This document shows positions 1-13,335 of a stretch of DNA of 64,000 nucleotides, in pieces; the stretch's first letter is position 1, and each line of letters begins with the position of its first letter. Both the position numbers and the translations under genes were made by a program. Source of the DNA: Octopus vulgaris (lineage: Eukaryota); contig OX597818.1 in assembly GCA_951406725.2 (NCBI GenBank), positions 136,400,001-136,464,000 of the forward strand, read 5' to 3'. The notes under the pieces are model-generated. The model was not told the DNA's origin and did no database searches. It worked only from the letters and a program-made list of their open reading frames with translations.

Positions 1-3000
1 TCGAAAAGCTCATGGAAAGTTCCGGGGATTTCCCATGTCCCGTTAAATTTTGTCGAAAAGCTCATGGAAAGTTCCGGGGATTTCCCAGGTCCCGGCAAAT
101 TTCGTCGAAAAGCTCATGGATAGTTCCGGGGATTTCCCAGATCCCGGTAAATTTGGTCGAAAAGCTAATGGAAAGTTCCGGGGATTTCCCAGGTCCCGGT
201 AAAAGTGGTCGAAAAGCTCATGGAAAGTTCCGGGGATTTCCCAGCTCCCGTTAAATTTGATCGAAAAGCTCATGGAAATTTGCGGGGATTTCCCAGGTCC
301 CGGTAAATTTGATCGAAAACCTCATGGGAAGTTCCGAGGATTCCCCAGCTCCCGGTAAATTTGGTGGAAAAGCTCATGGAAATTTCCGGGGATTTCCAGC
401 TCCCGGTAAATTTAGTCCAAACCTCATGGAAAGTTCCGGGGATTTTCCAGCTCCCGGGAAGTTTGGTCGAAAAGCTCATGGGAAGTTCCGGGGATTTCCC
501 AGGTCCCGTTAAATTTTGTCGAAAATCACCGGAACTTTCAATGAGCTTTTCGACCAAACTTACCGGGACCTGGGAAATCCCGGAACTTTCCATGAGCTTT
601 TCGACCACTTTTACCGGGAGCTGGGAAATGCCCGGAACTTTCCATGAGCTTTTCGACAAAATTTACCGGGATCTGGGAAATCCCCGGAACTTTCCATGAG
701 CTTTTCGACGGAATTTACCGGGACCTAAGAAATCCCCGGAACTTTCCATGAGCTTTTCGACGAAATTGACCGGGAGCTGGGAAATTCCCGCAACTTCCCA
801 TGAGCTTTTCGACCAAACTTCCCGGGAGCTGGAAAATCCCCGGAACTTTCCATGAGGTTTTGGACTAAATTTACCGGGAGCTGGGAAATCCCCGGAACTT
901 TCCATGAGCTTTTCGACCACTTTTAACGGGACCTGGGAAATCCCCGGAACTTTCCATGAGCTTTCCGACCAAATTTACCGGGATCTGGAAACCCCCGGAA
1001 CTTTCCATGAGCTTTTCGACGAAATCTACCGGAACCTGGGAAATCCCCGGAACTTTCCATGAGCTTTTCGACGAAATTTACCGGGACCAGGAAATCCCCA
1101 GAACTTTCCATGAGCTTTTCGACGAAATCTACCGGAACCTGGGAAATCCCCGGAACTTTCCATGAGCTTTTCGACGAAATTTACCGGGACCAGGAAATCC
1201 CAGAACTTTCCATGAGCTTTTCGACCAAATTTACCGGGAGCTGGGAAATCCCCGGAACTTTCCATGAGCTTTTCGACCACTTTTAACGGGACCTGGGAAA
1301 TCCCCGGAACTTTCCATGAGCTTTTTTCCAAATTTACCGGGATATGGGAAATCCCCGGAACTTTCCATGAGCTTTTCGAAGAAATTTACCGGGACCTGGG
1401 AAATCCCCGCAACTTTCCATGAGCTTTTCGACGAAATTTAACGGGACCTGGGAAATCCCCGGAACATCCCATGAGCTTTTCGACCAAACTTCCCGGGAGC
1501 AGGCAAATCCCCGGAACTTTCAATGAGCTTTTCGACCAAACTTCCCGGGACCTGGGAAATCCCCGGAAGTTTCCATGAGCTTTTCGACCACTTTTAACGG
1601 GACCTGGGAAATCCCCGGAACTTTCCATGAGCTTTTCGACCAAATTTACCGAGATCTGGGAAATCACCTGAACTTTCCATGAGCTTTTCGACGAAATTTA
1701 CCGGGACCAGGGAAATCCCCGGAACTTTTTATATGAGGTTTTCGACCAAATTTACCGGGATCTGGGAAATCCCCGGAACTCTCCATGAGCTTTTCGACCA
1801 AATTTACCGGGAGCTGGGAAATCCCCGGAACTTTTCATGAGCTTTTCGACCAAACTTACCGGGACCTGGGAAATCCCCGGTACTTTCCATGAGCTTTTCG
1901 ACAAAATTTACCGGGAGCTGGGGAATCCCCGGTACTATCCATGAGGTTTTCGATCAAATTTACCGGGAACTGGGGAATCCCCGGACTTTCCATGAGGTTT
2001 TCGATCAAATTTACCGGGACCTGGGAAATCCCCGGACCTTTACATGAGCTTTTCGACCAAATTTACCGGGACATGGGAAATCCCCGGAACTTTCCATGAG
2101 CTTTTCGACGAAATTTACCGGGACCTGGGAAATCCACGCAACTTTCCATGAGCTTTTCGACGAAATTTAACGGGACCTGGGAAATCCCCGGAACATCCCA
2201 TGAGCTTTTCGACCAAACTTCCCGGGAGCAGGCAAATCCCCGGAACTTTCAATGAGCTTTTCGACCAAACTTCCCGGGACCTGGGAAATCCCCGGAACTT
2301 TCCATGAGCTTTTCGACCACTTTTAACGGGACCTGGGAAATCCCCGGAACTTTCCATGAGCTTTTCGACCAAATTTACCGGGATCTGGAAATCCCCGGAA
2401 CTTTCCATGAGCGTTTCGACGAAATCTACCGGAACCTGGGAAATCCCCGGAACTTTCCATGAGCTTTTCGACGAAATTTAACGGGACCTGGGAAATCCCC
2501 GGAACTTTCCATGAGCTTTTCGACCACTTTTACCGGGACCTGGGAAATCCCCGGAACTTTCCATTAGCTTTTCGACCAAATTTACCGGGATCTGGAAATC
2601 CCCGGAACTATCCATGAGCTTTTCGACGAAATTTACCGGGACCTGGGAAATCTCCGGAACTTTCCATGAGCTTTTCGACAAAATTTAACGGGACCTGGGA
2701 ATCCCGGAACTTTCCATGAGCTTTTCGACCACTTTTAACGGGACCTGGGAAATCCCCGGAACTTTCCATGAGCTTTTCGACCATATTTACCGAGATCTGG
2801 GAAATCACCTGAACTTTCCATGAGCTTTTCGACGAAATTTACTGGGACCAGGGAAATCCCCGGAAATTTTTATATGAGGTTTTCGACCAAATTTACCGGG
2901 ATCTGGGAAATCCCCGGAACTCTCCATGAGCTTTTCGACGAAATTTACCGGGAGCTGGAAATCCCCGGAACTTTTCATGAGCTTTTCGACCAAACTTACC

Positions 3001-6000
3001 GGGACCTGGGAAATCCCCGGTACTTTCCATGAGCTTTTCGACAAAATTTACCGGGAGCTGGGAATCCCCGGTACTATCCATGAGGTTTTCGATCAAATTT
3101 ACCGGGAACTGGGGAATCCCCGGACTTTCCATGAGGTTTTCGATCAAATTTACCGGGACCTGGGAAATCCCCGGAACTTTCCATGAGCTTTTCGACCAAA
3201 TTTACCGGGACATGGGAAATCCCCGGAACTTTCCATGAGCTTTTCGACGAAATTTACCGGGACCTGGGAAATCCACGCAACTTTCCATGAGCTTTTCGAC
3301 GAAATTTAACGGGACCTGGGAAATCCCCGGAACATCCCATGAGCTTTTCGACCAAACTTCCCGGGAGCAGGCAAATCCCCGGAACTTTCAATGAGCTTTT
3401 CGACCAAACTTCCCGGGACCTGGGAAATCCCCGGAACTTTCCATGAGCTTTTCGACCACTTTTAACGGGACCTGAGAAATCCCCGGAACTTTCCATGAGC
3501 TTTTCGACCAAATTTACCGGGACCTGGGAAATCCCCGGAACTTTCCATGAGCTTTTCGACCAAATTTACCGGGATCTGGGAAATCCCCGGAACTTTCCAT
3601 GAGCGTTTCGACGAAATCTACCGGAACCTGGGAAATCCCCGGAACTTTCCATGAGCTTTTCGACGAAATTTAACGGGACCTGGGAAATCCCCGGAACTTT
3701 CCATGAGCTTTTCGACCACTTTTACCGGGACCTGGGAAATCCCCGGAACTTTCCATTAGCTTTTCGACAAAATTTACCGGGATCTGGGAAATCCCCGGAA
3801 CTATCCATGAGCTTTTCGACGAAATTTACCGGGACCTGGGAAATCTCCGGAACTTTCCATGAGCTTTTCGACAAAATTTAACGGGACCTGGGAAATCCCC
3901 GGAACTTTCCATGAGGTTTTCGACGAAATTTACCGGGATTTGGGAAATCCCGGAACTTTCCATGAGGTTTTCGACGAAATTTACCGGGACCTGGGAAATC
4001 CCCGGAACTTTCCATGAGCTTTTCGTCCAAATTTACCGGGATATGGGAAATCCCCGGAACTTTCCATGAGCTTTTCGACGAAATTTACCGGGACCTGGGA
4101 AATCCCGCAACTTTCCATGAGCTTTTCGACGAAATTTAACGGGACCTGGGAAATCCCCGGAACATCCCATGAGCTTTTCGACCAAACTTCCCGGGAGCAG
4201 GCAAATCCCCGGAACTTTCAATGAGCTTTTCGACCAAACTTCCCGGGACCTGGGAAATCCCCGGAACTTTCCATGAGCTTTTCGACCACTTTTAACGGGA
4301 CCTGGGAAATCCCCGGAACTTTCCATGAGCTTTTCGACCATATTTACCGAGATCTGGAAATCACCTGAACTTTCCATGAGCTTTTCGACGAAATTTACTG
4401 GGACCAGGAAATCCCCGGAAATTTTTATATGAGGTTTTCGACCAAATTTACCGGGATCTGGGAAATCCCCGGAACTCTCCATGAGCTTTTCGACGAAATT
4501 TACCGGGAGCTGGGAAATCCCCGGAACTTTTCATGAGCTTTTCGACCAAACTTACCGGGACCTGAAATCCCCGGTACTTTCCATGAGCTTTTCGACAAAA
4601 TTTACCGGGAGCTGGGGAATCCCCGGTACTATCCATGAGGTTTTCGATCAAATTTACCGGGAACTGGGGAATCCCCGGACTTTCCATGAGGTTTTCGATC
4701 AAATTTACCGGGACCTGGGAAATCCCCGGAACTTTCCATGAGCTTTTCGACCAAATTTACCGGGACATGGGAAATCCCCGGAACTTTCCATGAGCTTTTC
4801 GACGAAATTTACCGGGACCTGGGAAATCCACGCAACTTTCCATGAGCTTTTCGACGAAATTTAACGGGACCTGGGAAATCCCCGGAACATCCCATGAGCT
4901 TTTCGACCAAACTTCCCGGGAGCAGGCAAATCCCCGGAACTTTCAATGAGCTTTTCGACCAAACTTCCCGGGACCTGGGAAATCCCCGGAACTTTCCATG
5001 AGCTTTTCGACCACTTTTAACGGGACCTGAGAAATCCCCGGAACTTTCCATGAGCTTTTCGACCAAATTTACCGGGATCTGGGAAATCCCCGGAACTTTC
5101 CATGAGCGTTTCGACGAAATCTACCGGAACCTGGGAAATCCCCGGAACTTTCCATGAGCTTTTCGACGAAATTTAACGGGACCTGGGAAATCCCCGGAAC
5201 TTTCCATGAGCTTTTCGACCACTTTTACCGGGACCTGGGAAATCCCCGGAACTTTCCATTAGCTTTTCGACCAAATTTACCGGGATCTGGGAAATCCCCG
5301 GAACTATCCATGAGCTTTTCGACGAAATTTACCGGGACCTGGGAAATCTCCGGAACTTTCCATGAGCTTTTCGACAAAATTTAACGGGACCTGGGAAATC
5401 CCCGGAACTTTCCATGAGGTTTTCGACCACTTTTACCGGGACCTGGGAAATCCCCGGAACTTCCCATGAGCTTTTCGATCAAATTTACCGGGATCTGGGA
5501 AATCCCCGGAACTTTCCATGAGCTTTTCGACCACTTTTACCGGGACCTGGGAAATCCCCGGAACTTTCCATCAGCTTTTCGACAAAATTTTCCGGGATCT
5601 GGGAAAGCCCGGAACTTTCCATGAGCTTTTCGACAAAATTTAACGGGACCTGGAAATTCCCCGGAACTTTCCATGAGGTTTCCGACCAAACTTCCCGGGA
5701 GATGGAAAATCCACGGAACTTTCCATGAGTTTTCGACCAAATTTACCGGGACCTGGGAAATCCCCGCAAATTTCCATGAGCTTTTCGATCAAATTTACTG
5801 GGAGCTGGGAAATCCCCGGAACTTTCCATGAGCTTTCCGACCAAACTTCCCGGGAGATGGAAAATCCACGGAACTTTCCATGAGCTTTTCGACCAAATTT
5901 ACCGGGACCTGGGAAATCCCCGCAAATTTCCATGAGCTTTTCGATCAAATTTAACGGGACCTGGGAAATCCCCGGAACTTTCCATGAGGTTTTCGACCAC

Positions 6001-9000
6001 TTTTACCGGGACCTGGGAAATCCCCGGAACTTCCCATGAGCTTTTCGATCAAATTTACCGGGATCTGGAAATCCCCGGAACTTTCCATGAGCACGACCAC
6101 TTTTACCGGGACCTGGGAAATCCCCGGAACTTTTCCATCAGCTTTTCGACAAAATTTTCCGGGATCTGGGAAAGCCGGAACTTTCCATGAGCTTTTCGAC
6201 AAAATTTAAACGGGACCTGAAATTCCCGGAACTTTCCATGAGGTTTCCGACCAAACTTCCCGGGAGATGGAAAATCCACGGAACTTTCCATGAGCTTTTC
6301 GACCAAATTTACCGGGACCTGGGAAATCCCCGCAAATTTCCATGAGCTTTTCGATCAAATTTACTGGGAGCTGGAAATCCCGGAACTTTCCATGAGCTTT
6401 TCGACCAAACTTCCTGGGAGCTGGAAAGCTCATGGAAAGTTCCGGGGATTTCCCAGGACCCGCTAAATTTGGTCGAAAAGCTGATGGAAAGTTCGGTGGA
6501 TTTCCCAGGCCCTGGTAAATTTGATAGAAAAGCTCATGGAAAGTTCCGTGGATTTTCCAGCTCACGGTAAATTTAGTCGGAAAGCTCCTGGAAAGTTCCG
6601 GGGGATTTCCCAGTTACCGGTAAGTTTGGTCGAAAAGCTCATGGAAAGTTCCGGGGATACCCTGCTTCCGGTAAATACGGTCGAAAAGCTCATGGAAATG
6701 TTCCGGGGATTACCTAGCTCCCGGTAAAGCTCAAGGAAAGTTCGGGATTTCCGAGGTCCCGGTAAATTTGGTCGGAAAGCTCATGGAAAGTTCCGTGGAT
6801 TTTCCAGCTCCCCGTAAATTTAGTCGGAAAGCTCATGAAAATTTGGTCGAAAAGCTCATGGAAAGTTCCGGGGATTTTGACGGTAAATTTGGTCGAAAAC
6901 CTCATGGAAAGTTCCAGGGATTTTCCAGCTCCCAGGAAGTTTGGTCGAAAAGCTCATGGAAAGTTCCGGGGATTTCCCAGCTCCCGGTAAATTTGATCGA
7001 AAAGCTCATAGAAATTTGCGGGGGGGATTTCCCAGGTCCCGGTAAAACTTGATCGAAAACCTCATGGAAAGTTCCGAGGATTCCCTAGCTCCCGGTAAAT
7101 TTGGTGGAAAAGCTCATGGAAAGTTCCGGGGATTTCCCAGGTCCCGGTAAATTTGGTCGAAAAGCTCATGGAAAGGCCCGGGGATTTTCAAGCTCAGGGG
7201 GAGTTTGGTCGAAAAGCTCATGGAAAGTTCCGGGGATTTCCCAGGTCCCGCTAAATTTGGTCGAAAAGCTGATGGAAAGTTCGGTGGATTTCCCAGGCCC
7301 TGCTAAATTTGATAGAAAAGCTCCTGGAACATTCCATGAGCTTTTTGACCGTATTTACCGGAAGCTGGGTATCCCGGAACTTTCCATGAGCTTTCGACCA
7401 AACTTACCGGTAACTGGGAAATCCCCGGAACTTTTCCAGGAATTTTCCGACTAAATTTACCGGGAGCTGGGAAATTCCCGGAACATTTCATGAGCTTTTC
7501 GACCAAACTTACCGGGACCTGGGAAATCCCTGGAACTTTCCATGAGCTTTTCGACCAAATTTACCGGGAGCTGGTAAATCCCCGTAAATCCATGAATTTT
7601 TCCACCAAACTTATCGGTAACTGGGAAATCCCCGGAATTTTTCACCAAACCTCCCGGGAGCTGGAAAATCCCTGGAACTTTCCATGAGGTTTTCAACCAA
7701 ATTTACCGATACCTGAAATCCCTGAACTTTCCATGAGGTTTTCGACCAAATTTGCCGGAACCGGGAAATCCTCGGAACTTTTCCGCGAGCTTTTCGACGA
7801 AATTGACCGGGTTGGCCCGGAACCCCGCAACTTCCCATGAGCTTTTCCGGGATTTCCCAGGTCCCGTTAAATTTTTGTCGAAAATCACCGGAACTTTCCA
7901 TGAGGTTTTTACTAAATTTACCGGGAGCTGGGAAATCCCCGGAACTTTCCATGAGCTTTTCGACCAAATTTACCGGTAACTGGGAATCCCCCTGAACTTT
8001 CCATGGGCTTTTCGACCAAATTGACCGGGAGCTGGAAATCCCCGGAACTTCCCATGAGCTTTCTCGACCAAACTTCCCGGGAGCTGGAAAATCCCCGGAA
8101 CTTTCCATGAGGTTTCCGACCAAATTTACCGGGATCTGGGAAATCCTCGGAACTTTCCATGAGCTTTCCGACCAAATTTACCGGGATCTAAATCCCGGAA
8201 CTTTCCATGAGCTTTTCGACGAAATCTACCGGGACCTGGGAAATCCCCGGAACTTTCCATGAGCTTTTCGACGAAATTTACCTGGACCAGGAAATCCCCG
8301 GAACTTTCCATGAGCTTTTCGACCACTTTTAACGGGACCTGGGAAATTCCCGGAACTTTCCATGAGCTTTTCGTCCAAATCTTACCGGGATATGGAAATC
8401 CCCGGAACTTTCCATGAGCTTTTCGACGAAATTTACGGGACCTGGGGAAATCCCCGGCAACTTTTCCATGAGCTTTTCGACGAAATTTAACGGGACCTGG
8501 GAAATCCCCGACATCCCATACGAGCTTTTCGACCAAACTTCCCGAGCAGGGAAATCCCCGGAACTTTCAATGAGCTTTTCGACCAAACTTCCGGGACCTG
8601 GGAAATCCCGGAACTTTCCATGAGCTTTTCGACCACTTTTAACGGGACCTGGGAAATTTCCTGGGACCTGGGATTTCCCAGGTCCCGTTAAATTTCGTCG
8701 AAAAGCTCATGGAAAGTTCCGGGGATTTCCCAGATCCCGGTAAATTTTGTCGAAAAGCTCATGGAAAGTTCCGGGGATTTCCCAGGTCCCGGTAAAAGTG
8801 GTCGAAAAGCTCATGGAAAGTTCCTGGGATTTCCCAAATCCCGGTAAATTTCGTCGAAAACCTCATGGAAAGTTCCGGGGATTTCCCAGGTCCCGTTAAA
8901 TTTTGTCGAAAAGCTCATGGAAAGTTGCGGGGATTTCCCAGGTCCCGGTAAATTTCGTCGAAAAGCTCATGGAAAGTTCCGGGGATTTCCCATATCCCGG

Positions 9001-12000
9001 TAAATTTGGACGAAAAGCTCATGGAAAGTTCCGGGGATTTCCCAGGTCCCGTTAAAAGTGGTCGAAAAGCTCATGGAAAGTTCCGGGGATTTCCCAGCTC
9101 CCGTTAAATTTGGTCGAAAAGCTCATGGAAAGTTCTGGGGATTTCCCTGGTCCCGGTAAATTTGATCGAAAAGCTCATGGAAAGTTCCGGGGATTTCCAG
9201 CTCCCGGTAAATTTGGTCGGAAAGCTCATGGAAAGTTCCGGGGATTTCCAGGTCCCGGTAAATTTGGTCGAAAAGCTCATGGAAAGTTCCGGGGATTTCC
9301 CAGGTCCCGGTAAATTTGGTCGAAAAGCTCATGGAAAGTTCCGGGGATTTCCAGGTCCCGGTAAATTTGGTCGAAAAGCTCATGGAAAGTTCCGGGATTT
9401 CCCAGATCCCGGTAAGTTTGGTCGAAAAGCTCATGGAAAGTTCCGGGGATTTCCCAGGTCCAGGTGAATTTGGTCGAAAAGCTCATGGAAAGTTCCGGGG
9501 ATTTCCCAGCTCCCGGTAAAAGTGGTCGAAAAGCTCATGGAAAGTTCCGGGGATTTCCCAGGTCCAGGGAAGTTTGGTCGAAAAGCTCATGGAAAGTTCC
9601 GGGGATTTTCCAGATCTCGGTAAATTTGGTCGAAAACCTCATGGAAAGTTCCAGGGATTTCCCTGGTCCCGGTAAATTTCGTCGAAAAGCTCATGGAAAG
9701 TTCCGGGGATTTCCCAGATCCCGGTAAATTTGGTCGAAAAGCTCATGGAAAGTTCCGGGGATTTCCCAGGTCCCGGTAAATTTGGTCGAAAAGCTCATGG
9801 AAAGTTCCGGGATTTCCCAGCTCCCGGTAAATTTGGTCGAAAAGCTCATGGAAAGTTCCGGGGATTTCCAGCTCCCGGTAAATTTGGTCGAAAAGCTCAT
9901 GGAAAGTTCCGGGGATTTCCCAGATCCCGGTAAATTTGGTCGAAAAGCTCATGGAAAGTTCCGGGGATTTCCCAGGTCCCGGTAAATTTGGTCGAAAAGC
10001 TCATGGAAAGTTCCGGGGATTTCCCAGCTCCCGGTAAATTTGGTCGAAAAGCTCATGGAAAGTTCCGGGGATTTCCCAGGTCCCGGGAAAGTTTGGTCGA
10101 AAAGCTCATGGAAAGTTCCGGGGATTTCCCAGGTGCTCCCGGAAATTCCAGATTTTCCAGCGAAACTCTGGAAAGTTCCGGGATTTCCCAGGTCAAAAGC
10201 TCATGGAAAGTTCCGGGGATTTCCCAGGTCCCGGTAAAAGCTCATGGAAAGTTCCGGGGATTTCCCAGGTCCCGGTAAATTTCGTCGAAAAGCTCATGGA
10301 AAGTTCCGGGGATTTCCCAGGTCCCGGTAAATTTCGTCGAAAAGCTCATGGAAAGTTCCGGGGATTTCCCATATCCCGGTAAATTTGGTCGAAAAGCTCA
10401 TGGAAAGTTCCGGGGATTTCCCAGGTCCCGTTAAATTTGGTCGAAAAGCTCATGGAAAGTTCCGGGGGATTTCCCAGCTCCCGGTAAATTTGGTCGAAAA
10501 GCTCATGGAAAGTTCCGGGATTTCCCAGGTCCCGGTAAATTTGGTCGAAAAGCTCATGGAAAGTTCCGGGGATTTCCCAGGTCCCGTTAAAAGTGGTCGA
10601 AAAGCTCATGGAAAGTTCCGGGGATTTCCCAGCTCCCGGTAAATTTGGTCGAAAACCTCATGGAAAGTTCTGGGTATTTCCCTGGTCCCGGTAAATTTCG
10701 TCGAAAAGCTCATGGAAAGTTCCGGGGATTTCCCAGGTACCGGTTGGTCGAAAAGCTCATGGAAAGTTCCAGGGATTTTCCAGCTCCCGGTAAATTTGGT
10801 CGAAAAGCTCATGGAAAGTTCCGGGGATTTCCCAGTTCCCGGTAAATTTGGTCGAAAAGCTCATGGAAAGTTCCGGGGATTTCCCAGGTCCCGGTAAATT
10901 TGGTCGAAAAGCTCATGGAAAGTTCCGGGGATTTCCCAGCTCCCGGTAAATTTGGTCGAAAAGCTCATGGAAAGTTCCGGGGATTTCCCAGGTCCCGGGA
11001 AATTTGGTCGAAAAGCTCATTGAAAGTTCCGGGGATTTCCCTGCTCCCTGGAAGTTTGGTCGAAAAGCTCATGGGATGTTCCGGGGATTTCCCAGGTCCC
11101 GTTAAATTTCGTCGAAAATCTTATGGAAAGTTCCGAGGATTCCCCAGCTCCCGGTAAATTTGGTCGGAAAAGCTCATGGAAAGTTCCGGGGATTTCCCAG
11201 GTCCCGGTAAATTTGGTCGAAAAGCTCATGGAATGTCCCGGTGATTTCCCAGGTCCCGTTAAATTTAGTCGAAAAGCTCATGGAAAGTTCCGGGGATTTC
11301 CCAGGTCCCGGTAAATTTGGTCGAAAACCTCATGGAAAGTTCCGGGGATTTCCCTGGTCCCGGTAAATTTCGTCGAAAAGCTCATGGAAAGTTCAGGGGA
11401 TTTCCCAGATCCCGGTAAATTTGGTCGAAAAGCTCATGGAAAGTTCCGGGGATTTCCCAGGTCCCGTTAAAAGTGGTCGAAAAGCTCATGGAAAGTTCCG
11501 GGGGTTTCCCAGGTCCCGGGAAGTTTGGTCGAAAAGCTCATGGAAAGTTCCGGGGATTTCCCAGGTCCCGTGAAGTTTGGTCGAAAAGCTCATGTGATGT
11601 TCCGGGGATTTCCCTGGTCCCGTTAAATTTCGTCGAAAAGCTCATGGAAAGTTGCGGGGATTTCCCAGGTCCCGGTAAATTTCGTCGAAAAGCTCATGGA
11701 AAGTTCCGTGGATTTCCCATATCCCGGTAAATTTGGACGAAAAGCTCATGGAAAGTTCCGGGGATTTCCCAGGTCCCGTTAAAAGTGGTCGAAAAGCTCA
11801 TGGAAAGTTCCGGGGATTTCCCAGCTCCCGGTAAATTTGGTCGAAAAGCTCATGGAAAGTTCCGGGGATTTCCCAGGTCCCGGTAAATTTCGTCGAAAAG
11901 CTCATGGAAAGTTCCGGGGATTTCCCAGATCCCGGTAAATTTGGTCGGAAAGCTCATGGAAAGTTCCGGGGATTTCCCAGGTCCCGTTAAAAGTGGTCGA

Positions 12001-12645
12001 AAAGCTCATGGAAAGTTCCGGGGATTTCCCAGCTCCCGGTAAATTTGGTCCAAAGCCTCATGGAAAGTTCCGGGTTTTTCCAGCTCCCGGTAAATTCCGT
12101 CGAAAAGCTCATGGAAAGTTCCGGGGATTTCCCAGATCCCGGTAAGTTTGGTCGAAAAGCTCATGGAAAGTTCCGGGGATTTCCCAGGTCCAGGTGAATT
12201 TGGTCGAAAAGCTCATGGAAAGTTCCGGGGATTTCCCAGCTCCCGGTAAAAGTGGTCGAAAAGCTCATGGAAAGTTCCGGGGATTTCCCAGGTCCAGGGA
12301 AGTTTGGTCGAAAAGCTCATGGAAAGTTCCGGGGATTTTCCAGCTCCCGGAAGTTTGGTCGGAAATCTCGTGTAAAGTTCTGGGAATTTTCCAGTTCCTG
12401 GGAAGTTTGGTCGAAAGGCTCATGGAAAGTTCCGGGGATTTTCCAGCTCCCGGGTAGTTTGGTCGAAAACGTATTGGGAAATTCCGGGGATTTTCCAATT
12501 TTCGGGAAATTTGGTCGAAAACGTCTTGGGAAGTTCCGAGGATTTTTCGACTTCCGGGAAATGTGTTCGAAAACTTCCTGGAAAGTTCCGAGTATTTTCT
12601 AACTTACGGGAAATTTGGTGGAAAACTTCCTGGAAAGTTCCGAGT
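1..12645. repeat. 52-bp tandem satellite array, main block, open at the left edge, mixed orientation
   Basis: Continuous copies of GGTCGAAAAGCTCATGGAAAGTTCCGGGGATTTCCCAGGTCCCGGTAAATTT or its reverse complement. Forward ~1-525, reverse ~526-6424, forward ~6425-7326, reverse ~7327-8669 (short forward island ~7846-7884), forward ~8670-12645. Confidence 0.98.
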
Positions 12646-13335
12646 ATTTTTATATGCAGATGATGCCAAGGTGTACCTTGAAATAAAATGAACTGATCCT
12701 ATCCTGCAATCAGATCTGGATAGAATGCAGCAGTTGACCTCTGACTGGCATCTCAAGCTATCCGTACTAAAGAAGTCTTCTGGTGGACATGTCCTGGGTA
12801 TTATTGTAAACAACAATCTGCATTGGACAAACCACATATCTAAGACTGTCAAAAAGGCTGAGGTTGTGCTAGCATCTCTCAGTAAGACCTTTGTCAGCCT
12901 CTCTCCAGTTATCTATTTAAAATTGTATACAACAATGGTATGGCCACACTTGGGATTTGCATCACCAGTCTGGAACCCCTCTTTTTCTCAGTATATAAAT
13001 CTCCTGGAAACTGTTCAGAAATGTGCAACGAAGCGAATACCCACCGTCAGACATCTACCATACTCTAAACGTCTTGCATTCCTGGGCATGGTTACATTGA
13101 AGCCCAGACGTCTGGAAACTGACTTGATTGACACCCACAAGATTATCCACCATATTTCCAACAACAACCTTGGATAACTTTTACTCACAGACATGCTTAT
13201 AAAATCAAAAAACAACACAGCACCCATGACTTTCGGAAACAATTTTTCATGCTCAGAATTGCAGAAGCATGGAATAAACCACCTGCATCAGTTGTTAGCT
13301 GTCAAGACACTACATCCTTCAAAACTTCCATGTGT
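12646..13335 (+). mobile_element. 5'-truncated, decayed CR1-clade LINE ORF2 fragment (RT C-terminal half)
   Basis: Translation gives FLYADDAK, LQSDLDR..W, LGIIVNNNLHWTNHI, LYTTMVWPHLGFASPVWNP, LETVQKCATKRIP, LPYSKRL..L..LKPRRLETDLIDTHKI and RIAEAWNKPPASVV..TSFK. These are typical CR1 ORF2 blocks. It carries an in-frame stop and frameshifts. Confidence 0.9.

Noticed and set aside
526-6424. CENP-B box resemblance (TTCG...CGGG) in the monomer
   Set aside because: The spacer is 11 nt (TTCG-ACCAAATTTAC-CGGG) versus 7 nt in the CENP-B box, so it does not fit.
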